The notes under the pieces are model-generated. The model saw nothing but the letters and a program-made list of their open reading frames with translations. It did not search any database and was not told where the DNA came from. Positions 36,717 to 49,416 of a stretch of 64,000 nucleotides of DNA are shown here, piece by piece. Source of the stretch: Leucoraja ocellata (Eukaryota); NCBI GenBank assembly GCA_036785375.1, contig JAWMAR010000023.1, positions 12,648,001-12,712,000 of the forward strand, given 5' to 3'. Positions within the stretch are counted from its first letter, which is position 1, and each line of letters opens with the position of its first letter. The position numbers and the translations under genes are program-made.

Positions 36717-37737
36717 CACACCTACATGCACACACTAGCACACATGAAATAGTCTGCATTAAGCATGATATAATTTATGATTTCAGGTTTTGTTTGAGTG
36801 AAGCTGTTAGCTCAATAACATGAATTACTAGAATGAAAATGACTTGATGTAGTTGGATTATCCATTTTAGTTTCAGGAAGCAGGGTGTCAGCAGAATAAA
36901 TGTCCAGGCTGGTTAGCCAGAGATTGGTGCTGGCATTTCTGGCATTTCCCCAGGTCATTTAACCCTGGCATCCAACACACATTTGATCGGGAGAAGGGAA
37001 TATGAGTGGGTTGAGGGGCAGGTGGATGGGCAGAAGGGATTGCTGCCGGGGTGGTGTGGCTTTGATGAGCTGAGCTTGTTTGGAATGATAGAAAGCAAGG
37101 CACTGATTAGCTTTTGCCTTGCCGGTGTGAGCTTGGGAAATGCTGAGCTGGGAACAGGAACTGGCGGCTGGGATGGTTCTCTGGGAACGTTGGTGACTAC
37201 ACGGTTCCAAGCCTCCTCTCTCTCCCCACCTGGCCACAATCCTATTCCCAGGACCTGCAGCTGTGTGGATTAGAGGAGGAGGTGATAGTGTGGCTGTGTT
37301 TATTGTCGAGGTGGGTTATAGAGGCCACTAGATACTCACTCCTCCAACTGCTCTCTGTGCTAGCTGCCACTACAATAATATTTGGAAAGATAATTCTTCT
37401 GCTCATTAACGGGGGAGTCCATGGGGGCAGAACATTATCCAATTAACTATGTTGACAGCATCACTGCTTTCTGTTAGTACTCACACTTCAAGGAATAATT
37501 TAGTTCTGTAAGAGTGGTTGCCAAACTTGACAATGCCAGTTACTGTAAGTTGCATCCTATCAGAATCTGTTTGTAACAAATGACTCAAGCCGAAATGAAT
37601 CATTGTGATCCTAAAGAAGATATCCCCTTCATCGAGCCCGCGGGCACCTCATTCAACATGGAAACGCAGGTACAACAAGGCTCAACCTCACTCCATGACA
37701 AATATAACCCGTCGATCTTTCAGAAGCTGCGGAAGAC

Positions 37738-37905
37738 AAGTCAGTGGATATTTTTAAGCCAAAGATTGATAGTATGGGTGTCAGGGGTTACGGGGAGAAG
37801 GCAGGAGAATGGGGTTAGGAGGGAGAGATAGATCAGCCATGATTGAATGGCGGAGTAGGCTTGATGGGCCGAATGGCCTAATTCGTCTCCAATCACTTAT
37901 GACCT
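37738..37905 (+). mobile_element. CR1-like LINE 3' end
   Basis: Standard 3' UTR. Confidence 0.8.
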
Positions 37906-37988
37906 TACGACCTGTGCACAGACAGATGACAGTGCAACCAATCCAAATTTATTCTCTAAATATTGTCATTACTTTGCCCAGATTCCAT

Positions 37989-38155
37989 CCCTCACCTGTA
38001 CAGGGGCCAATTAACCCCTCACCTGTACAGTGGCCGATTAACCCCTCACCTGTACAGTGGCCAATTAACCCCTCACTTGTACAGGGGCTGATTAACCCCT
38101 CACCTGTACAGGGGCTGATTAACTCCTCACCTGTACACAGGGGCTGTTTAACCCC
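37989..38155. repeat. 27-bp minisatellite (ttaacccctcacctgtacagKggcYRa), about 6 units
   Basis: Direct inspection. Confidence 0.9.
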
Positions 38156-38417
38156 CGGACCCACACGTCTTTGGGTTCCAGCTCATCCCACTTTAGCAAT
38201 GTAGACTTTTGTTCCAGACCCTGTGTCTGCACAACGGCTAAGTAGACAAATCCTGTAAACGAAGGCCCTGCACCTGAACGTTCATGGGACATCTATCCTG
38301 TGACACCGTCCCTCAGGTATTACGTGTTGTTCTAAACCTCCGGCTTGGCTGGCAAGAAATACACTCCCATTCCCAGCCAGGATCACTTCCTCTGTCGTTG
38401 TGGTAAAGGCAGGAGAG

Positions 38418-38625
38418 ACACCTTGGACAGGTGAAGCCATGGTGTGCATCCACCTTGGACAGGTGAGGACACAGTGTCCACCCACATTGGACAGGTGAGC
38501 TGCAACAGCAGTGCCTACGCACCTTGGACAGGTGAAGCCACGTGTGCACCCACCTGGGACAGGTGTAGCTGCAGTGTGCATTCACCTAGGACAGGTGAAG
38601 CCGCAGTGTCAACCCACCTGGGTCA
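38418..38625. repeat. Degenerate ~32-bp minisatellite with palindromic core CACCT-tggac-AGGTG
   Basis: About 6 copies of 'caccttggacaggtg'. Confidence 0.85.
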
Positions 38626-38748
38626 CCACTACATTCCATTGTGAGCAAGGACATCCCACTGAGTGGTGGAGATTTCCGTTTGGGCTGCGTTGTCAGACCA
38701 CCCAGACTGAGATAAGCCCGGTCTCCAGGCGTGGATCCACTTGCTTTC

Positions 38749-38941
38749 NNNNNNNNNNNNNNNNNNNNNNNNNNNNNNNNNNNNNNNNNNNNNNNNNNNN
38801 NNNNNNNNNNNNNNNNNNNNNNNNNNNNNNNNNNNNNNNNNNNNNNNNNNNNNNNNNNNNNNNNNNNNNNNNNNNNNNNNNNNNNNNNNNNNNNNNNNNN
38901 NNNNNNNNNNNNNNNNNNNNNNNNNNNNNNNNNNNNNNNNN
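38749..38941. other. Assembly gap
   Basis: Run of N. Confidence 1.
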
Positions 38942-39099
38942 TACACTGATCCATTGTTTGAAAAGCCTGGCATGGATTCACCGATGTGATTAGTTAGAAG
39001 CATTTTAAAAATACCTTTGAGTCACCATCAAGGTCAAAAAGACAAAAATACAACAATGTCCCTCTCTAACACCACCTGGACGCGGACATAACCCCGAAA

Positions 39100-39270
39100 A
39101 AGGGGCAAGCATCTGGCTCGTTGCCTGGCACCGTGACTCGCGGGTGGCCAGCTTGGCCAGGCCTAGGAGCAACCCAACCAGGATATCTTTGGCCCAAGTT
39201 GTAACCAGCTTGGAGGGCATGATGTGTTGGACAGCAAGATGTAGTCTATGAACAACAGCCTGACGTATGT
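39100..39270 (-). mobile_element. Tx1/L1-clade LINE C-terminal fragment
   Basis: DILVGLLLGLAKLATRESR resembles the Tx1-clade ORF2 C-terminal motif LLLGLAKLAI. Confidence 0.55.
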
Positions 39271-39274
39271 GCAC

Positions 39275-39407
39275 CCTTTATCCTGTATCTGTACACTGTG
39301 GACGGCTCGATTGTAATCATGTATTGCCTTTTCACGGACTGGATAGCAACAAACAAAAGCTTTTCATTGTACCTTGGTACACGTGACAATAAACTAAACT
39401 AAACTAA
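39275..39407 (+). mobile_element. Rex1/Babar-like LINE 3' tail
   Basis: Ends in 'aataaactaaactaaactaa'. Confidence 0.8.
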
Positions 39408-40134
39408 AGTGTTGCTTTTTGTTACTACGTCCATTTCAATCAGATAATTAGCAAGTTAGTGACATAAAGTACTTGCCCGGGCAAGTTGAAATTCTGCACA
39501 GAGATTTTAATTATGTTTTGTGTTCTGAAATAATTTCATGGGTTTTCCCAAAGAAAAACATAACACCCGGACAAATGAGATGGGAACATTTTGTCTTAAA
39601 CTATTTCCCATATCGGAATCTTGTTGAGAATTCTTATTCATAAAGAACTACAGACAAGGCGGGACAAAGTTATTGTAGTGACTGATTGCTCATCTCTCTG
39701 CCCTTTAGAATAACATTTGCAGTGCATTATTGTATTGTTCCAATCAATTAGATAAAAGATATATAAATTCTTATGTTTGAAGAAGTGCTTAAAATAAATA
39801 CCTCTTGTTTCTGTCATGACTCATATAATGTTCTAAAGTGAAGTCCAACTTCAAGTCCATAGTCCCTGAAATGGCGACACGGGTCGGCAGGATGTGAAGG
39901 AGGCCCGACAGGAGCCTGGGGCTCAGTTAGATCGGGCCCCGCTCACAGTGGCTGAGCAGGCGGATTGGACACGGCCTGCAGCGACACAGAGTGAAGGAGG
40001 AAGACACTGACAATATCGCCAGGCCAGGCCGAACCCACCAACTCCTACCTACCCAGTGCCGTCACCACGACAACGGGACTGGGTCTAAACATATTGGTTG
40101 CCAGGAGACTAAGGGGGCCCACCCGCAACTACAA

Positions 40135-40230
40135 TGCTATCATTTATCAGGGGCCCACTTGCCATCCCTTGCTATCACTTCATCAGGGTCCCACTTGCCA
40201 TCCCTTGCTATCACTTTATCAGGGTCCCAC
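40135..40230. repeat. Short tandem duplication, ~36-bp unit x2.5
   Basis: 'atcagggKcccacttgccatcccttgctatcactt' repeated. Confidence 0.8.
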
Positions 40231-40339
40231 GCCATCGGGCAAGCTGACACCCTGACCAGTCCGCCACTGGGTACTAGTTCTAATGTCTCTTGTTCTGCCT
40301 CGGTGTAATCTACTATTCTTGTACCTGTGCCTACGCTGA

Positions 40340-40700
40340 GTCATAGGATCTTAAAGTGTGGAAACAGACTCTTCGGCCCAACTTGTCCATACTGACCAAC
40401 ATGTCCCATCTACACCTGCCTGTGTTTGGCCCATTTCCCTCTAAACCTGTCCTATCCATGTACCTGTCTAAATGTATTTTAAATGTTGTGACAGTCCCTG
40501 TGTCAACTAGGACCTCTGGCAAATTGTTTCATATACAGTACTTACCACCCTTTATGTCAAAACGTTACCCCTCTGGTTCCCATTAAGTCTTTCCCCCCTC
40601 ATCTTAAACCTATCATCTGAATCTTAATTTCTCTTCTCTGGGTAAAATACTCTGTGCATTTGCCCTACCTACGTCGCTCATGATCGTATACATTCTATTT
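40340..40700 (-). mobile_element. CR1-like LINE 3' end (second subfamily)
   Basis: LPEVLVDTGTVTTFKIHLDRYMDRTGLEG. Confidence 0.8.
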
Positions 40701-41364
40701 GGTTCAGCACAAGATGGGAAACAGAACTAATTTGTGAATCCAAAACAGGTTCAAGATAGGAATGTTAATTTTATACATAATACATAATGAATGCACAGCA
40801 AATGACAACATCTTTCTCTACATTCATCAACCCGTCACTTCTACACACTCTCTTACAATTTGTCAACGCCATTCACACTTCAACCTGAAGCAAAGTCTCC
40901 ATACGCTCATGTGATAGGTACACAATTAGGCCATTCAGCCCATCGAGTCTACTCTGCCATTTGACCATCTATGCTTCTTAACCCCATTCTCCGACTTCCT
41001 CCCCATTCATATTGTTGTTTATTTATTATGTGTACGTATGTGTGCGTGTGCGTGTGCATGTGCGCGTGCGTGTGTGTGTGTGGTTGGTAGCAAGTCTGGG
41101 CCTTCCAATTGGAAATAGACACAAAAAGCTGGAGTATCTCAGCTGGACAGGCAACATTTCTGGAGCGAAGGAATGGGTGACATTTTGAGTCGAGATAATA
41201 TGGTTTAAACCAGCATCTGCAGTTCCTTCGTCCACGCTTCCAATTGGAAGCTACATAATTTATATTCATGCTCACCTCCAACACAAAGAATGAAATTTAC
41301 AGGAGATAAGCAGCAAAAACTAACCAGCGTTTGTTCATTGGATTAACAATTATGAAGGAAGGGG

Positions 41365-41602
41365 TAGCACAGCAGTAGAGTCACTGCCTCATAGAACCAC
41401 AGATCTGGGTTCCATCCTGACCACAGGTGCTCTGGCTTCCTCCCACACTCCAAAACCGTGCAGGTTTGTTTGTTAATTGACTTTGATAAGAATTGTAACT
41501 TGTCCCTAGTGTGTGTAGGTTAGTGCTAGTCTTCTGGGCTCGCTGGTCGGCACAGGCTCGGTGGGCCGAAGGGCCTGTTTCCACACTGAATCTCTAAACT
41601 AG
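41365..41602 (+). mobile_element. HE1-like V-SINE with internal deletion
   Basis: Head and tail present, V-domain partly missing. Confidence 0.8.
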
Positions 41603-41611
41603 AAGTGAGAA

Positions 41612-41790
41612 TGATTCAGGGACAGTTTCTTCCCAGCTGTTATCAGACAACTGAACCATCCTACCACAACCAGAGACCAGTCCTGAACTACTATCTACCT
41701 CATTGGTGACCCTTGCACCATCTTTCATCAGACTTTGCTGGCTTTACCTTGCACTAAACGTTATTCCCTTATCATGTATCTATACACTGT
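41612..41790 (+). mobile_element. Rex1/Babar-like LINE 3' fragment
   Basis: 'gattcagggacagtttcttcccagctgttatcag'. Confidence 0.8.
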
Positions 41791-41894
41791 GGACTGAAAA
41801 TTAAAGTGTTTCTTGATATCCGAGGCTGGTGTTTAATAACTAATCGCTGTCTATGAATGGCGACAAGCAGAGCTGGCGAATGGAGGCAAGAGCA

Positions 41895-42127
41895 GTGAGT
41901 CTGTGGAATTCTCTGCCACAGAAGGCAGTGGAGGCTGAACGTTTTCTCAAGAGAGAGTTAGATATAGCTCGGGGCTAAGGGAATCAAGGGATATGGGGAG
42001 AAGGCAAAAATGGGGCTTTGTTTTTGGATGATCAGCCATGATCACATTGAATGGCGGTGCTGGCTCGAAGGGCCGAATGGCCTACTCCTGCACCTGTTTT
42101 CTATGTTTCTATGTCTATGTTTCTATG
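41895..42127 (+). mobile_element. CR1/HER1-like LINE 3' end
   Basis: Ends 'gggccgaatggcctactcctgcacc...tctatgtttctatg'. Confidence 0.85.
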
Positions 42128-44573
42128 CCTCCCCTTGCTGCTGTACCAGCCTCTTGCCCTGTGACCTGCGCGGGGCAGTCCATGTGAGTCTACAAGGCAT
42201 TTGTTGACAGCTTTATGATGGAGGGCCACAAAACTGTAAAGAGACCCACTGTAAACTACCGAATTCAAGAGGGTACAATTAACAGGAGCAAAGTGTGGGA
42301 AAGTGGGCTCGAAATGCACCAAGTGACGCCACGTAGATACTGAAATAGTTTTGACTTTGTACAATTATAAGAAAGCAGTGGCGTTTGTGAATGTGTAGCT
42401 GAGCAAACCAACGTGAATGATGATTCACTACAGTATCCACCTTCTCATGGGAGCTGTCTGATCCAAGGCTGGGTTAACAGCAAGTATATCCACATTAACT
42501 AGATACTATTCCTCTGTCCATCTGAATGAAACATTCAGATTTTTACAGTAGGTTCGATTTAATTATAGCTTTGCTTGCTGTTTATTATTACAGCAAGACC
42601 TTCAGCTTCGAGCTCGATGTTGCCAGGAGTTGGTTGTTGCCGTTTCTGGTGTGCTGGGCATGTGTGCTGTGTTAACACCTCATTGTACGGGCTACAAAAA
42701 AATCACGCAGTCGCTCAAAGAGTGGGAGCCAGATTTGTGTTGGTCTCCACCCAGAGTGGTCCATTGAGGAGCAATGTATGGAGTTGGCCCTCAGTGTGAC
42801 TCTCTACCTTGCTACATTCTGTCTGAAATGGTCCTTAAAGACATATTCCCCACTGCGCTGGGATGCCAGCTGTACCCACCTTGGGTGCCTAGGATAAACG
42901 GCATGCCATTCTCATCTGGGGGTAAATGCTAGTTAACAGCAGGTATCAGCTAGTTAGTTTTGTGAGGTACAGTGAAAAGCTTTTGTTGCATGCTAACCAG
43001 TCAGCGGAAAGGCAATTCATGTCACAATTACAGGGAGAGGTTGGGTTGTTTACTGTGCAACACCAGAGGTTGCAGGGAGACCTCAAGTCAAGTGTGTTTT
43101 ATTGTCATTTGTCCCAGACAGATCATTGAAGCTCTTACTTGTAGAAGCACGACAGTACATGTAAACATACTGTAGTACTCTGTAAATGATAGGGAGACCT
43201 GATGGGCCGAATGGCCTAATTCTACTCCTATCACTCATGTATATAAAATGATGGGATGGCACAAACAGGACATGTTCTCCAAGATCGAGCCCGGCTCTCT
43301 GGCGCTATAAGGCAGAAACATATGGGGATAACTTAGAACTAGTGGACATATATACTGTACACATGAATATAGACACAAAATGCTGGAGTAACTCAGTGGG
43401 ACAGGCGGCATCTCTGGAGACAAGGGTTAGTATTACACATGTCACCCCAGCTGCAGTCTGACCAACATGTTGTGAAGAGTTAACATCTCTTGTGTGGCTC
43501 TAGTCTCTTGGCACATTGGCCGAGTGCAGGGATTAGCTGCTGTGTGCAGATGTTACACATGTATCCCAGGCCCCTGTCACAGTGATGGCTCCCACAGACA
43601 GGTCCTTCATCATCCGTACAAGCTGACACATGTCCACATGTGAAACAAGGCCATGCAGCACAGATACCTGGTGCAGTTGGATGAATGGACCTGCTTAGCT
43701 GCCGGGGAGAAGTGGGAATCGGAGTCTGTATGTGGGGGCCATCTTCTCTGGCTTGGAGTTAAGACCAAACAGAGGAAGCAGCAGAAACAGCGGCTCCTGC
43801 CAAGAAGAAGGCGGTGGATGGTGTTTGATGTGTGTGTGCCTTGGAATGCTGCTTGGGAAATCATGTTATGCTTTCAGTTCTGGTGGCCATGCTATGGACC
43901 ACTCCTGGCACCAGCTCTCCTCTCATGATGGACCAAAACAAACTGGCCTTGGCCCGCACCTATTACCTAAACTAGTGAGCGCTGTCCAAGAACATTACAC
44001 TGAAGGGATGAGTTAAATCTTCAGCACCAATGTTGAACCCATCGTGACCCGGACTTGGTGAGAGATCGGCCCATTCTATATCCCAGCTCTCCCCATGTTT
44101 GTGCCTTTCACAACTTCAAACACTCGCCAAAGATCATTTTTTAAACACAGCCTTTTCAGATGGAGACTTCCAGACTCTTGCATCTTCTGGCTGAAATTAG
44201 TGTCATGTTTATGCAGACTGTTACGTGAAGATGGACAACAGCTCAACATGACCCTAGGTGTGAGTGTGGTTGTATCAGGGAGTGAGTGCCCCACTTACAC
44301 ATGGATAACCAGGGTGAGGGGGTAGGCATTCCCTCTCTCTCTGTCCCTCCCAGGGAAACCAGCGTGGCCAGGTTTAACCAGAGGGTGGTGGGTGCCAGGT
44401 GTGGTGGTGGTGGAGGCAGATATGATAACGGTGTTTAAGAGGCTTTTAGATAGGCAGGTACAGGGAATGGAGGGATATGGATCACGTGCAGGCAGAGATG
44501 AGCTTATCTTGGCATCAGACATTTTAGATAAACATTCACACTGTGTCATTACTAAAGGACCAGACATTGCCGA

Positions 44574-45093
44574 CTGGTTCACCTGTATCTCCTCCAACCT
44601 CATCTACTGCAACCGCTGCTCTAGATGTCAGCTGATTTACATCGGGGAGACTAAGCGGAGGTTGGGCGATCGTTTCGCCAAACACCTCCGCTCAGTCCGC
44701 AATAACCAACCTGACCTCCCGGTGGCTCAGCACTTCAACTCCCCCTCCCATTCCCAATCCGACCTCTGTCCTGGGTCTCCTCCATTGCCAGAGTGAGCAA
44801 CACCGGAAATTGGAGGAACAGCATCTCATATTCCGCCTGGGTTGCTTGCGTCCGGATGGCATGAACGTTGAATTCTCCCAGTTTTGCTAGCCCTTGCTGT
44901 CTCCTCCCTTCCTTAACCCTCGAGCTGTCTCCTCCCATCCCCCCGCCCTCGGGCTCCTCCTCCTCCCTTTTTCCTTCCTCCCCCCCCCCACCCCCCATCA
45001 GTCTGAAGAAGGGTTTCGGCCCTAAACGTTGCCTATTTCCTTCGCTCCATAGATGCTGCTGCACCCGCTGAGTTTCTCCAGCATTTTTGTGTA
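44574..45093 (+). mobile_element. Penelope-like element 3' part (GIY-YIG, C-rich tract, hammerhead variant at 45003-45030, tail)
   Basis: FTCISSNLIYCNRCSRCQLIYIGETKRRLGDRFAKHLRSV...VAQHFNSPSH, then 'ctgaagaagggtttcggccctaaacgttgcc' (G12>U in this copy). Confidence 0.92.
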
Positions 45094-45450
45094 TTGCCGA
45101 CTGAAGGCCTGTTTCTGTGCTGTGTTATAGATTTTGTTTGTTTTTGTTTTACAGATACAGGGCGGAAACTGGCCCTTCGGCCCGCCAAGTGCAGGCTGTA
45201 CCCGTAGTCGGGATCGAACCCGCGTCTCTGGCAGCAACTCTACCACTGCGCCACCATGCCACCCTTCAATAGTCTATGTTCTGGCTGCTTGTATAATCAG
45301 AACCATATTATTATCAATGCCGGTGTGGAGTCCTTCCCCCCCCCCCGGGCAATCGTATGATGGTTTCACAGGCAGCGGTAAATTCCAGATGATCCTGATG
45401 ATAACTCTCAGCTATCTCACGGTTAGTGTGACTGACTTACATTGTTCCAG

Positions 45451-45561
45451 TTACTGCCCAGATCCCACACTGTTTATCACCGTTTAAACTGGGTGGCACC
45501 AAATCATTCAGACACAATGGGGAACCGCGTTGTCAACAGTCTCTATGTAAATATTCTTGAG
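45451..45561 (+). CDS. Candidate orphan exon (LLPRSHTVYHRLNWVAPNHSDTMGNRVVNSLYVNILE)
   Basis: Branch-like 'ctgac', acceptor 'ttgttccag', strong donor 'GAG|gtaagg', 111 nt, phase 0-0. Confidence 0.3.
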
Positions 45562-45634
45562 GTAAGGTCACTGGGAACTTCTCAGATGCGAGAATTCCAG
45601 CTCGAGATCTTTGCTGGCCGTCCCGGTCAGCGGT

Positions 45635-45790
45635 TAGCTGTACTGAGCTGTATCTGTAGTGGTCAGCTGTCCCGGTCAACTGTACTGAGCTGTACCTATA
45701 CTGGTCAGCTGTACCCAGTGTAGTGAGTGTACTGGTCAGCTGTACCCAGTGTAGTGAGTTTTACTGGTCAGCTGTACCCAGTGTCGGTAC
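45635..45790. repeat. Degenerate ~31-bp minisatellite (tactggtcagctgtacccagtgtagtgagt)
   Basis: Direct inspection. Confidence 0.8.
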
Positions 45791-46659
45791 TTGGGCATGG
45801 TCCACTGGTCTGTATGTCTCAATGCTCCACAGGGCACTACCTTCCCCCCATCAGGCAACAGTGCGGAATGCCGCACGTACTTTAGCTGTAAAGAAAGGCA
45901 TCATTTCATTGCAAATAGGGTTAGAGAAAGGAAAATAACCTGGTCCTCACCATGGATGGAGTTTGCCCAGTCCCTTCATAAATTATTTAGCTTCCAGAGT
46001 GAGATTTATTGCCTAGAAAGCTGTAAAACATTTATGAGGAAACCTTAGGTATATGTGGTACAGTCCAGGATACGCTAAAAACCAAAGGAGTATTATGACA
46101 GCTCCAAGTATCTGACAAAGGTCAGCAAAGAACATACTCTGGCGTTGCTGAGAGATGAAAATACCAGCACTTGCTAACAAGCTTCCATCGACTTGTTGCT
46201 TCCCATAAACTATTCCAGGCAGCTATTTTTGCACAGTATACATGCTCAGGTGCTGAAGTGTTTTAAAGCATTCAGTAGAACTGTCAGTCCTGTTATTTTT
46301 CAGATAAAATATGTTTCTCAGAATCGGCTAATACATTCGGTATTGTTACCGAGATGGAATTCTTACCAGTGGTGCAGCCAAACATTAACCCTTTCCCTGC
46401 CTCAAAGTCTTTCATTTTTCAAAGAAATTATACTGAGAATGTTCTTGCTCTTCAGGCTGGAGGTGTTAGTGCTCACAAACTGGGAGATGTTTGGTTTGTT
46501 AGTGCAGCATCGAGTGTAGCCAGGACAATAACAGCACCACAGGCCACGCTGAGAAGCTTCCTCAATACTAGTCCAACAAGGTGGCTTAGGCTGAAACCTC
46601 CTCCTGAATCAGACCACCATTCCTACATCAGTGTCACATTCACAACTGGAGATAACAAA

Positions 46660-47030
46660 GTGGTGATCTTGTAGAGGGGTAAACAATGATGAGAGGAATA
46701 GATCGGGTAGACGCACAGAGTCTCTTGCCCAGAGTGGGGGAATCAAGGACCAGAGGACATGGGTTAAGGTGAGGGGGGAAAGATTTAATAGGAACCTGAG
46801 GGGTAACATTTTCACACAAAGGGTTGTGGGTGTATGGAATGAGCTGCCGGGGGAGGTTGTGGAAGCAGAGACTATCGCAATTAAGAAACATTTAGACAGG
46901 TATATGGATAGGACAGGTTTGGAGGGATATGGGTCAAATGCAGGCAGGTGGGGCTAGTGTAGATGGGGTATGTTGGCCAGTGTGGGCAAGTTGGGCCGGC
47001 CTGTTTCCACACTGTATCACTATGAGTCTA
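46660..47030 (+). mobile_element. CR1-like LINE 3' end (second subfamily)
   Basis: RGERFNRNLRGNIFTQRVVGVWNELPGEVVEA. Confidence 0.9.
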
Positions 47031-47084
47031 ACAGAATGACAATTACTTGGGGAAAGTCTGGGAAATGCAAGTGTATGCATCTAT

Positions 47085-47235
47085 CTAAGGCAGAGATAGA
47101 TAGATTCTTGATTAGTACGGGTGTCAGGAGTTATGGGGAGAAGGCAGGAGAATGGGGTTAGGGAGGAGATATAGATCAGCCATGATTGAATGGCAGAGTA
47201 GACTTGATGGGCCGAATGGACTAATTCTGCTCCAG
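47085..47235 (+). mobile_element. CR1-like LINE 3' end
   Basis: Standard 3' UTR. Confidence 0.8.
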
Positions 47236-47502
47236 TCAATTATGAATTTATGATTCAAACTTGATAATTGTAAAATCTTTAGATCAACAACTAAACCAGA
47301 TTCCCACAAAGTTAATTCAGACAAAATGTTGACTTCTTCCTGGTGATGAAGGCTCATCATGTACTCCATTAGTTAGTCCCAGGTGTGATCTTGAACAGTT
47401 TTTATCACCATCAGTTTACTATACAGAGACAAGTCATTAACAAAAGCTGCTCTGCTGTTTAAAGAATGTGGATTAAAGTGATTTATCATCAATTTAGGTT
47501 CC

Positions 47503-47530
47503 CTGAAGAAGGGTCTCGACCCGAAACGTC
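47503..47530 (+). ncRNA. Minimal hammerhead motif (intact core) at the 5' edge of a solo Penelope terminal fragment (47503-47592)
   Basis: CTGAAGA A GGGT-CTCG-ACCC GAAACGTC. Confidence 0.65.
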
Positions 47531-47859
47531 ACCTATTCTTTCGCTCCATAGATGCTGCCTCACCCGCTGAGTTTCTCCAGCATCTTTGTCCACCATCAAT
47601 GTAGCGAATATATCTTATACTATTTGATGTGAAGGGTATAAATCTAAAGGGTTTTAGCAGCAGAGCATGTCTGAGAAGTTGGAGAGACCAAGAAAGCTAA
47701 ACAAGATCTGGTTTGGTGAGGCAGCAGACATCAGCCCATCCGCACACATCACTACCCTCACCCATAATGGCAAGAAGATGTTTGATTTGAGAGTGCTCAA
47801 ATCCACCAGTTATTTGGAGTGTTTCGTTCACAACAGGGGTGACAATGGCCTCCTCCTGA

Positions 47860-47861
<2 letters not shown>

Positions 47862-47901
<40 letters not shown>
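47862..47901. repeat. (CT)n microsatellite
   Basis: Direct inspection. Confidence 0.95.
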
Positions 47902-47903
<2 letters not shown>

Positions 47904-48004
47904 GTCCAAGGGCTCAAAGATAGTCCTCACTAGATCCCACAAGCCTGCCACGTCACATGAGGTCTTTGATTGTTAACTCGTTCTTCCAAAGAATCAATGA
48001 TTCA

Positions 48005-48222
48005 TGTTCACAAGGTCTTAAGTGATAGGAGAAGAATTAGGCCATTCGGCCCATCAAGTCTACTCTGCCATTCAATCATGGCTGATCTATCTCTCCCTCC
48101 TAACCCCATTCTCCTGCCTTCTCCCCATAACCCCTGACACCCGTACTAATCAAGAATCTATCTATCTCTGCCTTAAAATATCCATTGACTTGGCCTCCAC
48201 AGCCGCCTGTGGCAAAGAATTC
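48005..48222 (-). mobile_element. CR1-like LINE 3' end
   Basis: Reverse complement of the standard 3' UTR. Confidence 0.85.
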
Positions 48223-49416
48223 CATGATTACCATGGCCTTGCAAGCAATATTTCAGTAACAACCTTTGAGTAACAATCTTTGAGTGTAGAACATAAATAA
48301 AACACATAAATGCACAGGGGTTGTTTTTCCATCTTGAAACTGTTGCCCTTTCATCCCACGCTGTGTCTCTAATCTCCTGAACCGTGCCCTTCTGGTTTAC
48401 ACAGCTACAGAAATGGAGACTGGTTTTCAGTGGAAGTGTGTTACCATATTCGCAGTTCCTTCCCTTCAGATGTGGCAAACACTAGGTATCATGTGACTCA
48501 AATCTTTCCATTACTGAATAAATTCTTGTTGTTACAGATTTGGGGAAAATTGTATCTCGTGATCATTCTGATATTTTATTTTCATTTGGTCTGCGGGATC
48601 ATGTGTCTACAGAAATCATTCTATTGGTGTTGAAACTCTCAATCACAGACAAAAGCCTCTTGTTTCTGTCTTCACATAAATAATAGAAGCAAGAGAGACA
48701 TCGTGTGATTTACGTTTCTGGTGATAGTGATCCTCACCTCGACACAACTTACTGCCAAGCCTCAACATCTGCTGTCGAAGAGTCAATAGATCCTGAATGT
48801 TCTCAACGGCCAGGTATGCACAGACTTAGCAGGTGGACAATGCCAAATATTATTATGAATAAAAGAGGTTTTCTTCATGAAGGTCCACTTGTACTGAGAG
48901 ATGCCTCTAGTCCAAGAGGAGACTGACTCCAGCATCTACTCCACCAGTCTCTAGCTGAATCCCAGCTGTCACAGTGAGGTCACCACTCATTCTTTACCAA
49001 CCAGAAGCCAGTATGACTACATCACTCTTCGAATGACAAGCTCAGGAATGAACCATCAACATATCTGCACGTTATTGAGGAAGTTCCTCAATCTTTCCTC
49101 AAGTATCAAGAGCACATTGGTCAGTTTGTTCTTTGTTGCCATTAGAAGAGCACTTGTGGATAACCTGACTGCTGTTGGTCAAAATCAGTAAAAAGCAAGA
49201 ATTTGATCCTTGAGTTTCACAGAAAAGCTTCTCTCCGCGAGGCAGTCTAAGCTTAAACTGACACAGGCAATCCTGTTGATAAAAGTCAAAGTTAACCTGT
49301 AACAGTCACCTCTTAAAGGCACGAAGATGACGTACAGTGCCTTTGTTTGGAAACCAACATCTGCAGTTCCTTGTGTAGGGAACAACTGCAGATGTTGCTT
49401 TAAATAGACAACCAGT

